Assembly (NCBI GenBank): GCA_000004695.1
Contig: CM000150.2
Span: 1,920,001 to 1,984,000 of the forward strand
Reading direction: 5' to 3'
DNA length: 64,000 nt
Origin: Dictyostelium discoideum
Lineage: Eukaryota
Shown: positions 62,796-64,000 of the stretch, one piece after another
Numbering within the stretch: the stretch's first letter is position 1
Layout: the number at the start of each line of letters is the position of its first letter
Notes under the pieces: generated by a model
What the model was told of the DNA's origin: nothing
What the model saw: the letters and a program-made list of their open reading frames with translations, nothing else
The model's database searches: none
Program-made: the position numbers and the translations under genes

Positions 62796-64000
<1,205 letters not shown>

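Overview
This window is AT-rich (roughly 75-78% A+T) eukaryotic nuclear DNA and looks like Dictyostelium discoideum. The evidence is long (AAT)n/(CAA)n coding tracts giving poly-Asn/poly-Gln, short AT-rich introns of 80-190 nt (mostly GTAAGT/GTATGT donors, but several predicted junctions use atypical GTTTGT/GTACTT donors - see the dedicated finding), and homopolymer-rich intergenic DNA. A PH-domain AGC kinase matching my recollection of pkbA (444 aa as reconstructed) and a TMT1/Crg1-type methyltransferase suggest chromosome 1, but I could not run a search to confirm this. I reconstructed about 24 protein-coding genes from the ORF track by hand-splicing exons. Recognisable products include coatomer delta, a PPWD1-like WD40-cyclophilin, a UVSSA orthologue, UBE2W, an FHA-parvulin (Pin1-type) isomerase, a KCTD9-like BTB/pentapeptide protein, an INTS3-like protein, an F-box/Kelch protein, an LYR-motif protein, a DMT-type transporter, a P-loop GTPase and a C2-domain protein. 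There are two sequence-identical tRNA-Asn(GUU) genes. One has a complete TRE5-A-type non-LTR retrotransposon (with a 4.4-copy tandem array of identical 199-bp A-modules) about 49 bp upstream. The other has a TRE3-type element with a 12-bp target-site duplication inserted 26 bp downstream. There are no CRISPR arrays, operons or prokaryotic defence loci. Most opposite-strand ORFs in the track are translation artefacts of low-complexity DNA. The items I consider most worth follow-up are: a tandemly duplicated ~1.96-kb unit carrying two diverged 59-aa ORFs that fall below the ORF-track threshold; two genes whose reading frames are broken by a single stop or a +1 frame change with no intron signals; introns made almost entirely of (ATT)n microsatellite; and the tRNA/retroelement landing-pad architecture itself. 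The only candidate for a 'system' I can defend is the dual retroelement targeting of the two tRNA-Asn genes, and that mechanism is already established knowledge.
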